Of a stretch of DNA of 34,292 bases, positions 1 to 9,200 are shown in pieces. The translations under genes and the position numbers were made by a program. Under the pieces are notes generated by a model. That model was not told the origin of the DNA. It did no database searches and saw nothing but the letters and a program-made list of their open reading frames with translations. Every line of letters starts with the position of its first letter. Within the stretch, counting starts at the first letter, position 1. Source of the stretch: Nemertoderma westbladi (lineage: Eukaryota > Animalia > Xenacoelomorpha); assembly GCA_032718475.1 (NCBI GenBank), contig JAUCBJ010001741.1, positions 1 through 34,292 on the forward strand, given 5' to 3'.

Positions 1-2411
1 ACTTTGACCGCTTGGCGGGCTTCTGTTCTAGCCATCTGACGCGTAAAGCTTTCTTGGGCCATCGTGTTATTTAATATCGAATTATCGGTATATAAATTTC
101 TCGGATCATTATCAGGTCTATAGGGAATATCATTAATAACAGGTCTATAATCACCCTTAATAGGGTTTGCTATAGGAGTTTCAACTTCACTAGCAGTATA
201 GATGCGTGTAGGCTCCACACCTTGCGCATGTAATACTTCAGACCTAACAGGTTGACACAATGTTACAGGGGGTATTGGTATGCCCTTTTGTATATTGACT
301 AATTTGTCGCATTCTAGTGCGATACTTTGCTGCACTTCTTGCAACTCTGCTCTACTTTCCCTCACTGTTCCCTTAAGTTGGTGGACAGTCTCCTGCATCT
401 GTCCCAGCAGGAGATTCATCCCACGCCGTCCCTCTTCCACCCACTCAACCGCCGAAGCGGGAGTCGCCAACATAGTAGCGGGCTGACGCGGGACGACGGG
501 AGACAAATTTTTAATTTCTCTCTCTGCTATCTGGACAGGGATATTCTCTTGGACTGTTCCACCGGGTACAGGCAGTGTAGTACTATGTAAAGGGAATTTA
601 GAGTTAAGCTCTGGAAGTACAGGGGTCTCTAACACAGAAGTGACTTTGGGAACGACAGGCCTAATTATCTCAGGCTCATCAACTATTGTAGAGAGTCTTT
701 GGACCTTAATACTTTGGGCTGTAGGTTCTATACTACTCAAGTCGGTGCTAGCTAGCTGTCTTCTAACAGCTGGGGGCAAATCAGGCAATTTGCGACGGTA
801 AGATGTTTTTCTACGCCTACTTAGATGAGATCTATTTCCTCCGCCTTCAGGATCGGTAGTATCGCCTTCCTCCGAGGATGTGTATCCCTGGCGCTTGGGA
901 GTAGATTTTCTCATCATCTGCATCTGATTAGCAGTAAACTGTTTATTTATACTGTCTTGCGTCTCTTGCAGATTTTCCAACTCTAATTGGATAGTCTCCT
1001 CAGACGCTCTCCGTTCTGCTTCTGCCACTGTTGCCTTTCTTTCGGCTTCCGCCGCTTTTCTTTCTGCTTCTGCTTCTGCCGCTTTTCTTTCGGCTTCTGC
1101 TTCTGCCGCTTTTGCCTTTCTTTCGGAATCTGCTTCTGCCGCTTTTGCCTTTCTTTCGGCTTCTGCTTCTGCCGCTTTTCTTTCGGCTTCTGCTTCTTTT
1201 CTTTCTGCTTCTGCTTCCGCCGCCGCTGCTGCTGCTACCTTTCTTCTCTCTATCAGTTCTTTCTTTACTTGTTCTTCTCGGACTCTAGTGAGGTGGAGTT
1301 TTTCATCACATTCAGCTTGGTTTGCAGCTAACATTTCGGCATCGATTGAGTCCAACACAAGCTTGGTTCCTTCACTATTAGGGGAAAGTCCAGACAGCCG
1401 TCTCCTCAACTCTTCGTCTCCTAGGAATCGCTGATAGTCGGACAAATAAATGTCGATAGCGTCTCTAGTTCGCGGTTTCTCGGCGGTCTCTTCGCTTTCC
1501 GCTTGAGAAAGGGTGACATCAGTTTGTTCTTCACAGGTTGATCTCTCAGCCAGCTGGGATTTCCACTGGGCCGTTTCCTGTACTTTGAGATCTACCCGAT
1601 GTAACCAAGTTTTGACAGCAACCTGCAGCGACGTGTCCTGTCTTCTTTTGGAAGTTTCCTCAAAGGCTGAGAGGATTAGTCGTATGCGCAGGGTTCTTTC
1701 GCGTATTTGATATAGCAGCTCTTCCTGCTCTTGAGGTCCTTGAGGTTGTCGAAACAGTTGTTCTTCCAATCGATCCAAGGAGCCGAAGAATCCCTGCACA
1801 TATCCTGCTGCCGACCTCTTCCAAACAGCTGGATCCATCGTATCTTTAGCCACTCCCATCCTGTGTATATCTTCCCAAGTAGCCTCGGACAGATCCAACG
1901 GGAGTCCGAGTCCGGGAAAGTTCCATTGTGATTCAACAATAGATATCAATTCTTCCCTGGCGTATCCCGCGTAATTATCTTGGGTCGCTCGCTTATTCCT
2001 CGCCCAGTCGGCTTGATGTTCCTCCACCGCAATATATATAGTAGTTAGCACTGCAGCAGGAAGGGTAAGAAGGGGGTCCGAGTATACTGTAGCAGCCATC
2101 TGCACTCCGCGTTCGGGGGTCAGCTCTACAGTATCCGAACTGCTGGAGCTATCGGGTCGCTGGGAAGTAGGTTCTTGACCAAGATGTTGCTGCGATAGGA
2201 CAGCTGCCTCTTGGTTCCGTTTGACCTGTGCCCGAGTGCCTATGATGGACCTATGGTGGATTAGCCTAGGGTCTGATACTACTGGAGGGATGACCTTTCT
2301 TGCAGTAGGAGGTGAGCTGAACTCCTTTCTTAATCGCTCCACACTCCTATCTGTGTCACAGATGGTTGTATCGATCAGACTGTCTGACAGGTTTTGCTGG
2401 GTGTCAGACAT
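1..2411 (-). CDS. Long intronless ORF (>803 codons, runs off the left edge); probable Gag/ORF1 of a retrotransposon
   Basis: Manual translation from ATG at 2411 (MSDTQQNLSDSLIDTTICDTDRSVERLRKEF...) shows no stop down to position 1 (...NNTMAQESFTRQMARTEARQAVKV). It has an AEAEAERKA charged-helix repeat, a basic patch (SRRRKTSYRRK), Pro-rich stretches and coiled-coil-like segments. No catalytic motif was recognised. The ORF itself is certain; the Gag identity is inferred from its position downstream of an LTR-like unit. Confidence 0.75.
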   Translation of the reverse strand, partial: MSDTQQNLSDSLIDTTICDTDRSVERLRKEFSSPPTARKVIPPVVSDPRLIHHRSIIGTRAQVKRNQEAAVLSQQHLGQEPTSQRPDSSSSSDTVELTPERGVQMAATVYSDPLLTLPAAVLTTIYIAVEEHQADWARNKRATQDNYAGYAREELISIVESQWNFPGLGLPLDLSEATWEDIHRMGVAKDTMDPAVWKRSAAGYVQGFFGSLDRLEEQLFRQPQGPQEQEELLYQIRERTLRIRLILSAFEETSKRRQDTSLQVAVKTWLHRVDLKVQETAQWKSQLAERSTCEEQTDVTLSQAESEETAEKPRTRDAIDIYLSDYQRFLGDEELRRRLSGLSPNSEGTKLVLDSIDAEMLAANQAECDEKLHLTRVREEQVKKELIERRKVAAAAAAEAEAERKEAEAERKAAEAEAERKAKAAEADSERKAKAAEAEAERKAAEAEAERKAAEAERKATVAEAERRASEETIQLELENLQETQDSINKQFTANQMQMMRKSTPKRQGYTSSEEGDTTDPEGGGNRSHLSRRRKTSYRRKLPDLPPAVRRQLASTDLSSIEPTAQSIKVQRLSTIVDEPEIIRPVVPKVTSVLETPVLPELNSKFPLHSTTLPVPGGTVQENIPVQIAEREIKNLSPVVPRQPATMLATPASAVEWVEEGRRGMNLLLGQMQETVHQLKGTVRESRAELQEVQQSIALECDKLVNIQKGIPIPPVTLCQPVRSEVLHAQGVEPTRIYTASEVETPIANPIKGDYRPVINDIPYRPDNDPRNLYTDNSILNNTMAQESFTRQMARTEARQAVK
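1012..1235 (-). repeat. Coding tandem repeat encoding AEAEAERKA(KA) units
   Basis: Repeated plus-strand units such as gcttttctttcggcttctgcttctgcc translate on the minus strand as AAEAEAERK. They explain the spurious Phe/Cys/Leu-rich plus-strand ORFs at 987 and 1031. Confidence 0.9.
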
Positions 2412-2499
2412 GTTTAGCTATACAGCTGAATGTCTACTACTATAGCTTCAGTTAAAGCAAGTCTGATAATTCAGTATGACCGCAAGCCTAGCGATTTAT

Positions 2500-2795
2500 T
2501 ACCGGTACCGTTACTCAGTGTAACGTGATATATATACAATATATTAGAATACCGGTATGCTTATAGTATATATATAAGTATTATTACAGACTAGATTTGT
2601 CACAGAGTACCGGTATATAATTTTAGCGCAAATATATATAAATATATAATAGGCCTATAGTGAATACCGGTATACAGCTTACACTTATAGTATATAAGTA
2701 TAATTATGAACTAGAATTAATTACAGAGTACCGGTATGATTTCAGCTCAAATTTATAGAAATAAATATAATAAGCCTATGGTAAGTACCGGTATG
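2500..2795. repeat. Degenerate AT-rich tandem repeat (~58-bp monomer, ~115-121-bp dimer) built around the TACCGGTA palindrome
   Basis: TACCGGTA occurs at 2500, 2550, 2608, 2665, 2729 and 2786. The segments 2550-2664 and 2665-2785 are alignable (cttatagtata...ctaga...acagagtaccggtat...gcctat). Confidence 0.85.
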
Positions 2796-3783
2796 TCAAT
2801 TATTTTTAGAATAATTGAATTCCTGAATATTTTAGGGTTACTTAGTTACTTTAACTTACTTTATTACCGTTATTTAAGCAGTAGTCCAACTGATAGTGAG
2901 ACCTAGTTGTTGTATGACAGGCCTACTATTTATAAATCGTTTGAGTTGATTTATAATATTTATATACCCGTTTAAATGGGTTTTTGTCAATATTTGAAAT
3001 AAATGTTATTATTTCTGGGGGAGTCACTACACAGAAGCTGTGCGCTCTCAGTGAAGTGTTATTTATTGAGACACTAAAACAGATAATTCTAATTTACCTA
3101 AGTTATTTAATACTACAAATTACTTACGATACTGGTGAGATTAATTCTCTAATTAAAACACAACAAAAATATTACGTACGAAATTTTTAGGGTAATTTTA
3201 CAGGAAGTCTACAAACCAGCCTAACAAAGGGTTAGAATTCTGGTTATTACAACGGACAGGGTACTACGGTATTTGAAATAATAAGTAGTAGTAAATATAT
3301 TGTACTGTCCAGATAGGAAAATACCACCGCCTGACGACCTATAACCGTATCGCTATAGGTACTACGTTATGTATCACGGATTGTTCCTACCCAGAAGCTA
3401 ATAGAGCTAACGAATGTGCCTATCAACCACTTTACAACACAAATATACTGCCTACACTAATTACTTCGGAAAGCACTGTACACTAAACCCTAAATTAGGT
3501 ACAAGTACCGGTATAACAAATAATCAGTAGTTAAATATACTTGAACAGTTAAAAGAACCACGGCATCTGCTGGAGTGACCAGAGCACAAAGTCACCAGTC
3601 TTGTCCTACGCCAAGCAGCCCGTGTAGTACCGGGGTTAATTTAACTATAACGGTATGTATAACAAGCACAATTACTGTAGGAATAAACTTGGGGACATGA
3701 ATGTTGCGAATAATCGCATAAACTCTGAATAATAAATATTACGCTACCCGTACAGAATACTCAAACAAAATACAAACCAAACG

Positions 3784-4246
3784 CTGGCAGACTACTATCA
3801 AGCCTAAACAAACTACAGTATGTGCAGATTCTGAAACTGTTAGTTAGTATGCGTTCTAACACGGTAGTACGACTTATTCTTTAAGAGGGGATTGACCTTA
3901 CAGCATATGGCTGCCCCAACTTACTAACGGCACTTTATCAGACCAACTCTACACACGCAGCAATCCCTTCAGGCCTAAGAATAGCTAGACAACAATCCAG
4001 CCTACAAAATATCTGAGTAATAACTATTACGGTACCTGAACAGACCACACAAACAAACACAGGCTAAAACACTGGCAGACTACGATCAAGCCTAAATAAA
4101 CTACAGTATATGCAGATTCTGAAACAGTTAGTTAGTATGCGTTCTAACACGGTAGTACGACTTATTCTTTAAGAGGGGATTGACCTTACCGCATATGGCT
4201 GCCCCAACTTACTAACGGCACTTTATCAGACAAACTCTACACACGC
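3784..4246. repeat. Direct duplication in the leader with 288-bp period (175-bp cores at 3784-3958 and 4072-4246)
   Basis: The cores align without gaps and with 6 substitutions by eye. Weaker similarity continues on both sides. Confidence 0.95.
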
Positions 4247-4470
4247 CGTAATCTCTCCAAACCCAACAACAGTCAGACAGCAGTTCAGCCTACAATTATT
4301 TGAACAATCTGAGCAGACTTACACGTCTTCAGCTCAATATTAACTTACTAGGAAATAAAACCGACAGAAATAAGTAAGCTCCAAAAGAAACAAGGGGTGT
4401 ACAGTCCCTAATCTCTTAAACAGCCTACCGGTATACAATAATCAAAATCGAATAATACTAATGTACTTAT

Positions 4471-4603
4471 ACAGCAGTACCGGTTAGGACAGTTGGGCCT
4501 ACAGACCTACAGAAGTACCGGTTCTGGCAGTTGGACCTACGGACCTACAACAGTACCGGTTCTGGCAGTTGGGCCTACTGACCTACAGAAGTACCGGTTC
4601 AGG
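4471..4603. repeat. 38-bp tandem repeat, ~3.5 copies
   Basis: Units resembling acagaagtaccggttctggcagttgggcctacNgacct start at 4471, 4509, 4547 and 4585. Confidence 0.92.
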
Positions 4604-4655
4604 TTTACCGGTCACTACGGTATTTTGCAACCTTATTGCCTACTGCAATAAGATC

Positions 4656-4667
4656 TATAACTGTTAC
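4656..4667 (-). other. Candidate self-priming primer-binding site (GTAACAGTTATA on the minus strand)
   Basis: It abuts the ...GCGAACA end of the putative LTR and is the exact reverse complement of minus-strand TATAACTGTTAC at 5432-5421. No TGG-starting tRNA-complementary site was found in 2412-6250 by eye. Confidence 0.5.
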
Positions 4668-6249
4668 TGTTCGCGCTTTTGAAGACCTTTAGCAGTTTAA
4701 CCTGCCAAAATTTATATGTCTTTTAGTTAATTAAAACACCTTTAGCATACGACAATATTTTATGCTAATAAACAAAACATTACCCGAAGTCAGCCCATGC
4801 GCGATCATTCACCCGATGGATCTACACCCGGGAGGCTGAATTCGGCTGCTTAAATTTTATTATTGCAGTGTAAGGTTGCAGTGTAAACTTACTGTATTAT
4901 TCAATAGATCGTTAATAATTAATTTCTGACAGATATTATTGGCTTTCGGGAAATATTAACAGTTCCTTTAGGACGTGGCGCTCTATCTATTTAAACAGAA
5001 CTAGGACTTATACTAAACGCAACGATACCGCTTATGATTAAAGTATAAGGCGTATTCTTTAGGAAATACTTTGTTACCAATCACAATCATGCACACTATT
5101 CTGCCGACCGTCAGTAGATTTGATCATACATAAAGAGAGCAGCAATTGACTCATGTAGGGTCTGCTAAATAACATTAGATTCAATACACACCACATTAAT
5201 ATAAATCGCAATTGTTATGTATAGCCTGTCTCTCTAACCTGTAGTGTATCAAGAAAATTGGGAATTTTGGGTGATTTATCCGTATTCTCCAAAGAGCAAT
5301 AATTCATCAACAAATAGATACAATTAATAACTGACGGTAAATAACAGTACAAACAATATGATTAGTGCAGTTAAATTAAATGATTGAGACTCGTTAAGTT
5401 CGTTAGTTAAGTGAGTTAAGGTAACAGTTATACTTTCGGTAATTTAAGCAGTTTTACTAGAGTTCTTCCCAAAAGCCGGTGTTATGGCGAAAAATGGGAA
5501 CATAACAACAGAATCATATGAAGAATCATATGACTAGAATAACTATACGAGGATACCAACTACCCTTATTCCACGAAGCTCCCGTTCAACACAGAGGATG
5601 AGCATAGAGATAGGAAATTCAGTTCAGTAGCTCTGGGATAGGTCGAAATCAACGCCCACTCAAATTCTATTGGCCGACACGGACAGCAGGGCAGAGGCAA
5701 CCTCCCTAATCTGGTTGGCCGATTAAACTGAGCCCAGATATCTCCGTACAGCACATCAGCCAATAAGCTGGTAGCTTGCACTATTTTAGTTATAAATCCC
5801 TTTGAGAGTATTCTAGCGACCGGGGGGGAACTGGCCAGCAAAGGCAAACGTATCAGTTATCCCACAAAAGCTTTTACAATCTCCTAAAGAATGCGCCATA
5901 TACGTAAATCTATAGCCTTTTCGTTGTGTCTAGTTTAAGTCATAACTCTGTTTACATATTTAGAGCGCCACGTCCTAAAGGAACTGTTAATATTTCCCGA
6001 AAGTGAATAATATTTGTCAGAGATTATATATTACGATCAGTTGAATAATACAGTAGGCTTACACTATCAATCATTAAGCTCCGAACTCAGTCTCCCGGGT
6101 ATATCCAACGGGTGAATGATTGCGCATAGACTGGCTTCGGCTAATGTAGTGTATCAAATACTCGTCATAAAGCTAAAGAATATATATCATCTAAAAGACA
6201 TTCTAATTTTGGCAGGTTAAACTGTCAAAGGTCTTCAAAAGCGCAAACA
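4668..6249 (-). repeat. Putative 1582-bp LTR with long imperfect inverted ends (arms 4668-5064 and 5882-6249)
   Basis: It begins tgttcgcgcttttgaagaccttt and ends aaaggtcttcaaaagcgcaaaca. The arms are colinear reverse complements, with perfect blocks of 18 bp (4673-4690), 20 bp (4693-4712) and 43 bp (4943-4985 vs 5961-6003). The inverted repeat is certain; LTR status is inferred. Confidence 0.7.
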
Positions 6250-9200
6250 CTCGCCTCGTTTAAGTTTAAGGGGTGACTTCTGCTCACGTTTTGCTGTAGA
6301 GAACTCGCCTCGTTTACGTTTAAGGGGTGACTTCTACTCACGTTTTGCTGTAGAGAACTCGCCTCGTTTACGTTTAAGGGGTGACTTCTACTCACGTTTT
6401 GCTGTACAGAGAACTCGCCTCGTTTACGTTTAAGGGGTGACTTCTGCTCACGTTTTGCTGTAGAGAACTCGCCTCGTTTAAGTTTAAGGGGTGACTTCTG
6501 CTCACGTTTTGCTGTAGAGAACTCGCCTCGTTTACGTTTAAGGGGTGACTTCTGCTCACGTTTTGCTGTAGAGAACTCGCCTCGTTTACGTTTAAGGAGT
6601 GACTTCTGCTCACGTTCTGCTGTAGAGAACTTGCCTAGTTTACGTTTAAGGGGTGACTTCTACTCACGTTTTGCTGTAGAGAACTCGCCTCGTTTAAGTT
6701 TAAGGGGTGACTTCTACTCACGTTTTGCTGTACAGAGAACTCGCCTCGTTTACGTTTAAGGAGTGACTTCTACTCACGTTTTGCTGTACAGAGAACTCGC
6801 CTCGTTTACGTTTAAGGGGTGACTTCTGCTCACGTTTTGCTGTAGAGAACTCGCCTCGTTTACGTTTAAGGGGTGACTTCTACTCACGTTTTGCTGTACA
6901 GAGAACTCGCCTCGTTTACGTTTAAGGGGTGACTTCTGCTCACGTTTTGCTGTAGAGAACTCGCCTCGTTTAAGTTTAAGGGGTGACTTCTGCTCACGTT
7001 TTGCTGTAGAGAACTCGCCTCGTTTAAGTTTAAGGGGTGACTTCTACTCACGTTTTGCTGTAGAGAACTCGCCTCGTTTACGTTTAAGGGGTGACTTCTA
7101 CTCACGTTTTGCTGTAGAGAACTCGCCTCGTTTAAGTTTAAGGGGTGACTTCTACTCGCGTTTTGCTGTACAGAGAACTCGCCTCGTTTACGTTTAAGGG
7201 GTGACTTCTGCTCACGTTTTGCTGTAGAGAACTCGCCTCGTTTAAGTTTAAGGGGTGACTTCTGCTCACGTTTTGCTGTAGAGAACTCGCCTCGTTTACG
7301 TTTAAGGGGTGACTTCTACTAACGTTCTGCTGTAGAGAACTCGCCTCGTTTACGTTTAAGGAGTGACTTCTGCTCACGTTCTGCTGTAGAGAACTTGCCT
7401 AGTTTACGTTTAAGGGGTGACTTCTACTCACGTTTTGCTGTAGAGAACTCGCCTCGTTTAAGTTTAAGGGGTGACTTCTACTCACGTTTTGCTGTAGAGA
7501 ACTCGCCTCGTTTAAGTTTAAGGGGTGACTTCTACTCACGTTTTGCTGTAGAGAACTCGCCTCGTTTACGTATAAGGGGTGACTTCTGCTCACGTTTTGC
7601 TGTAGAGAACTCGCCTCGTTTACGTTTAAGGGGTGACTTCTACTCACGTTTTGCTGTAGAGAACTCGCCTCGTTTAAGTTTAAGGGGTGACTTCTGCTCA
7701 CGTTTTGCTGTAGAGAACTCGCCTCGTTTAAGTTTGAGGGGTGACTTCTACTCACGTTTTGCTGTAGAGAACTCGCCTCATTTACGTTTAAGGGGTGACT
7801 TCTGCTCACGTTTTGCTGTAGAGAACTCGCCTCTTTTAAGTTTAAGGGGTGACTTCTACTCACGTTTTGCTGTAGAGAACTCGCCTCGTTTAAGTTTAAG
7901 GGGTGACTTCTACTCACGTTTTGCTGTACAGAGAACTCGCCTCGTTTACGTTTAAGGAGTGACTTCTACTCACGTTTTGCTGTACAGAGAACTCGCCTCG
8001 TTTACGTTTAAGGGGTGACTTCTGCTCACGTTTTGCTGTAGAGAACTCGCCTCGTTTACGTTTAAGGGGTGACTTCTACTCACGTTTTGCTGTACAGAGA
8101 ACTCGCCTCGTTTAAGTTTAAGGGGTGACTTCTACTCACGTTTTGCTGTATAGAGAACTCGCCTCGTTTACGTTTAAGGGGTGACTTCTGCTCACGTTTT
8201 GCTGTAGAGAACTCGCCTCGTTTAAGTTTAAGGGGTGACTTCTGCTCACGTTTTGCTGTAGAGAACTCGCCTCGTTTAAGTTTAAGGGGTGACTTCTACT
8301 CACGTTCTGCTGTAGAGAACTTGCCTAGTTTACGTTTAAGGGGTGACTTCTACTCACGTTCTGCTGTAGAGAACTTGCCTAGTTTACGTTTAAGGGGTGA
8401 CTTCTACTCACGTTTTGCTGTAGAGAACTCGCCTCGTTTAAGTTTAAGGGGTGACTTCTACTCACGTTTTGCTGTATAGAGAACTCGCCTCGTTTACGTT
8501 TAAGGGGTGACTTCTGCTCAAGTTTTGCTGTAGAGAACTCGCCTCGTTTAAGTTTAAGGGGTGACTTCTGCTCACGTTTTGCTGTAGAGAACTCGCCTCG
8601 TTTACGTTTAAGGGGTGACTTCTGCTCACGTTTTGCTGTAGAGAACTCGCCTCGTTTAAGTTTAAGGGGTGACTTCTACTCACGTTTTGCTGTAGAGAAC
8701 TCGCCTCGTTTAAGTTTAAGGGGTGACTTCTACTCACGTTTTGCTGTATAGAGAACTCGCCTCGTTTACGTGTAAGGGGTGACTTCTACTCACGTTTTGC
8801 TGTAGAGAACTCGCCTCGTTTAAGTTTAAGGGGTGACTTCTACTCACGTTTTGCTGTAGAGAACTCGCCTCGTTTAAGTTTAAGGGGTGACTTCTACTCA
8901 CGTTCTGCTGTAGAGAACTTGCCTAGTTTACGTTTAAGGGGTGACTTCTACTCACGTTCTGCTGTAGAGAACTTGCCTAGTTTACGTTTAAGGGGTGACT
9001 TCTACTCACGTTTTGCTGTAGAGAACTCGCCTCGTTTAAGTTTAAGGGGTGACTTCTACTCACGTTTTGCTGTATAGAGAACTCGCCTCGTTTACGTTTA
9101 AGGGGTGACTTCTGCTCACGTTTTGCTGTAGAGAACTCGCCTCGTTTAAGTTTAAGGGGTGACTTCTGCTCACGTTTTGCTGTAGAGAACTCGCCTCGTT

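Larger units (their letters stand above)
1..6249 (-). mobile_element. 5' part of a probable LTR retrotransposon (LTR, long leader, gag-like ORF); pol and 3' LTR outside the window
   Basis: Minus-strand order is TGT...ACA-bounded 1.58-kb unit, candidate primer-binding site, 2.25-kb leader with internal repeats, then a long intronless ORF. There is a sharp junction with satellite DNA at 6249/6250. Confidence 0.6.

Noticed and set aside
280-2445. Short plus-strand ORFs and the 1676-1939 minus-strand ORF
   Set aside because: They are shadows of the long minus-strand ORF.
3331-3365. Hammerhead ribozyme (CTGACGA followed by a CCTATA/TATAGG stem)
   Set aside because: The required GAAA after stem II is absent.
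3585-3613. tRNA-type PBS candidates (gtcacca, ctacgcca; also gagcgcca at 5963)
   Set aside because: They match only 6-8 nt of tRNA 3' ends and are not adjacent to a TG/CA LTR end.
5566-5847. 93-aa minus-strand ORF in the LTR core
   Set aside because: It has a non-ATG start, no recognisable motif, and a length compatible with chance.
4668-6249. Stand-alone MITE or Ginger-like DNA transposon
   Set aside because: There is no target-site duplication (ttac vs ctcg), and internal segments pair with sequence outside the unit (4626-4667), tying it to the adjacent leader. Disfavoured rather than disproved.
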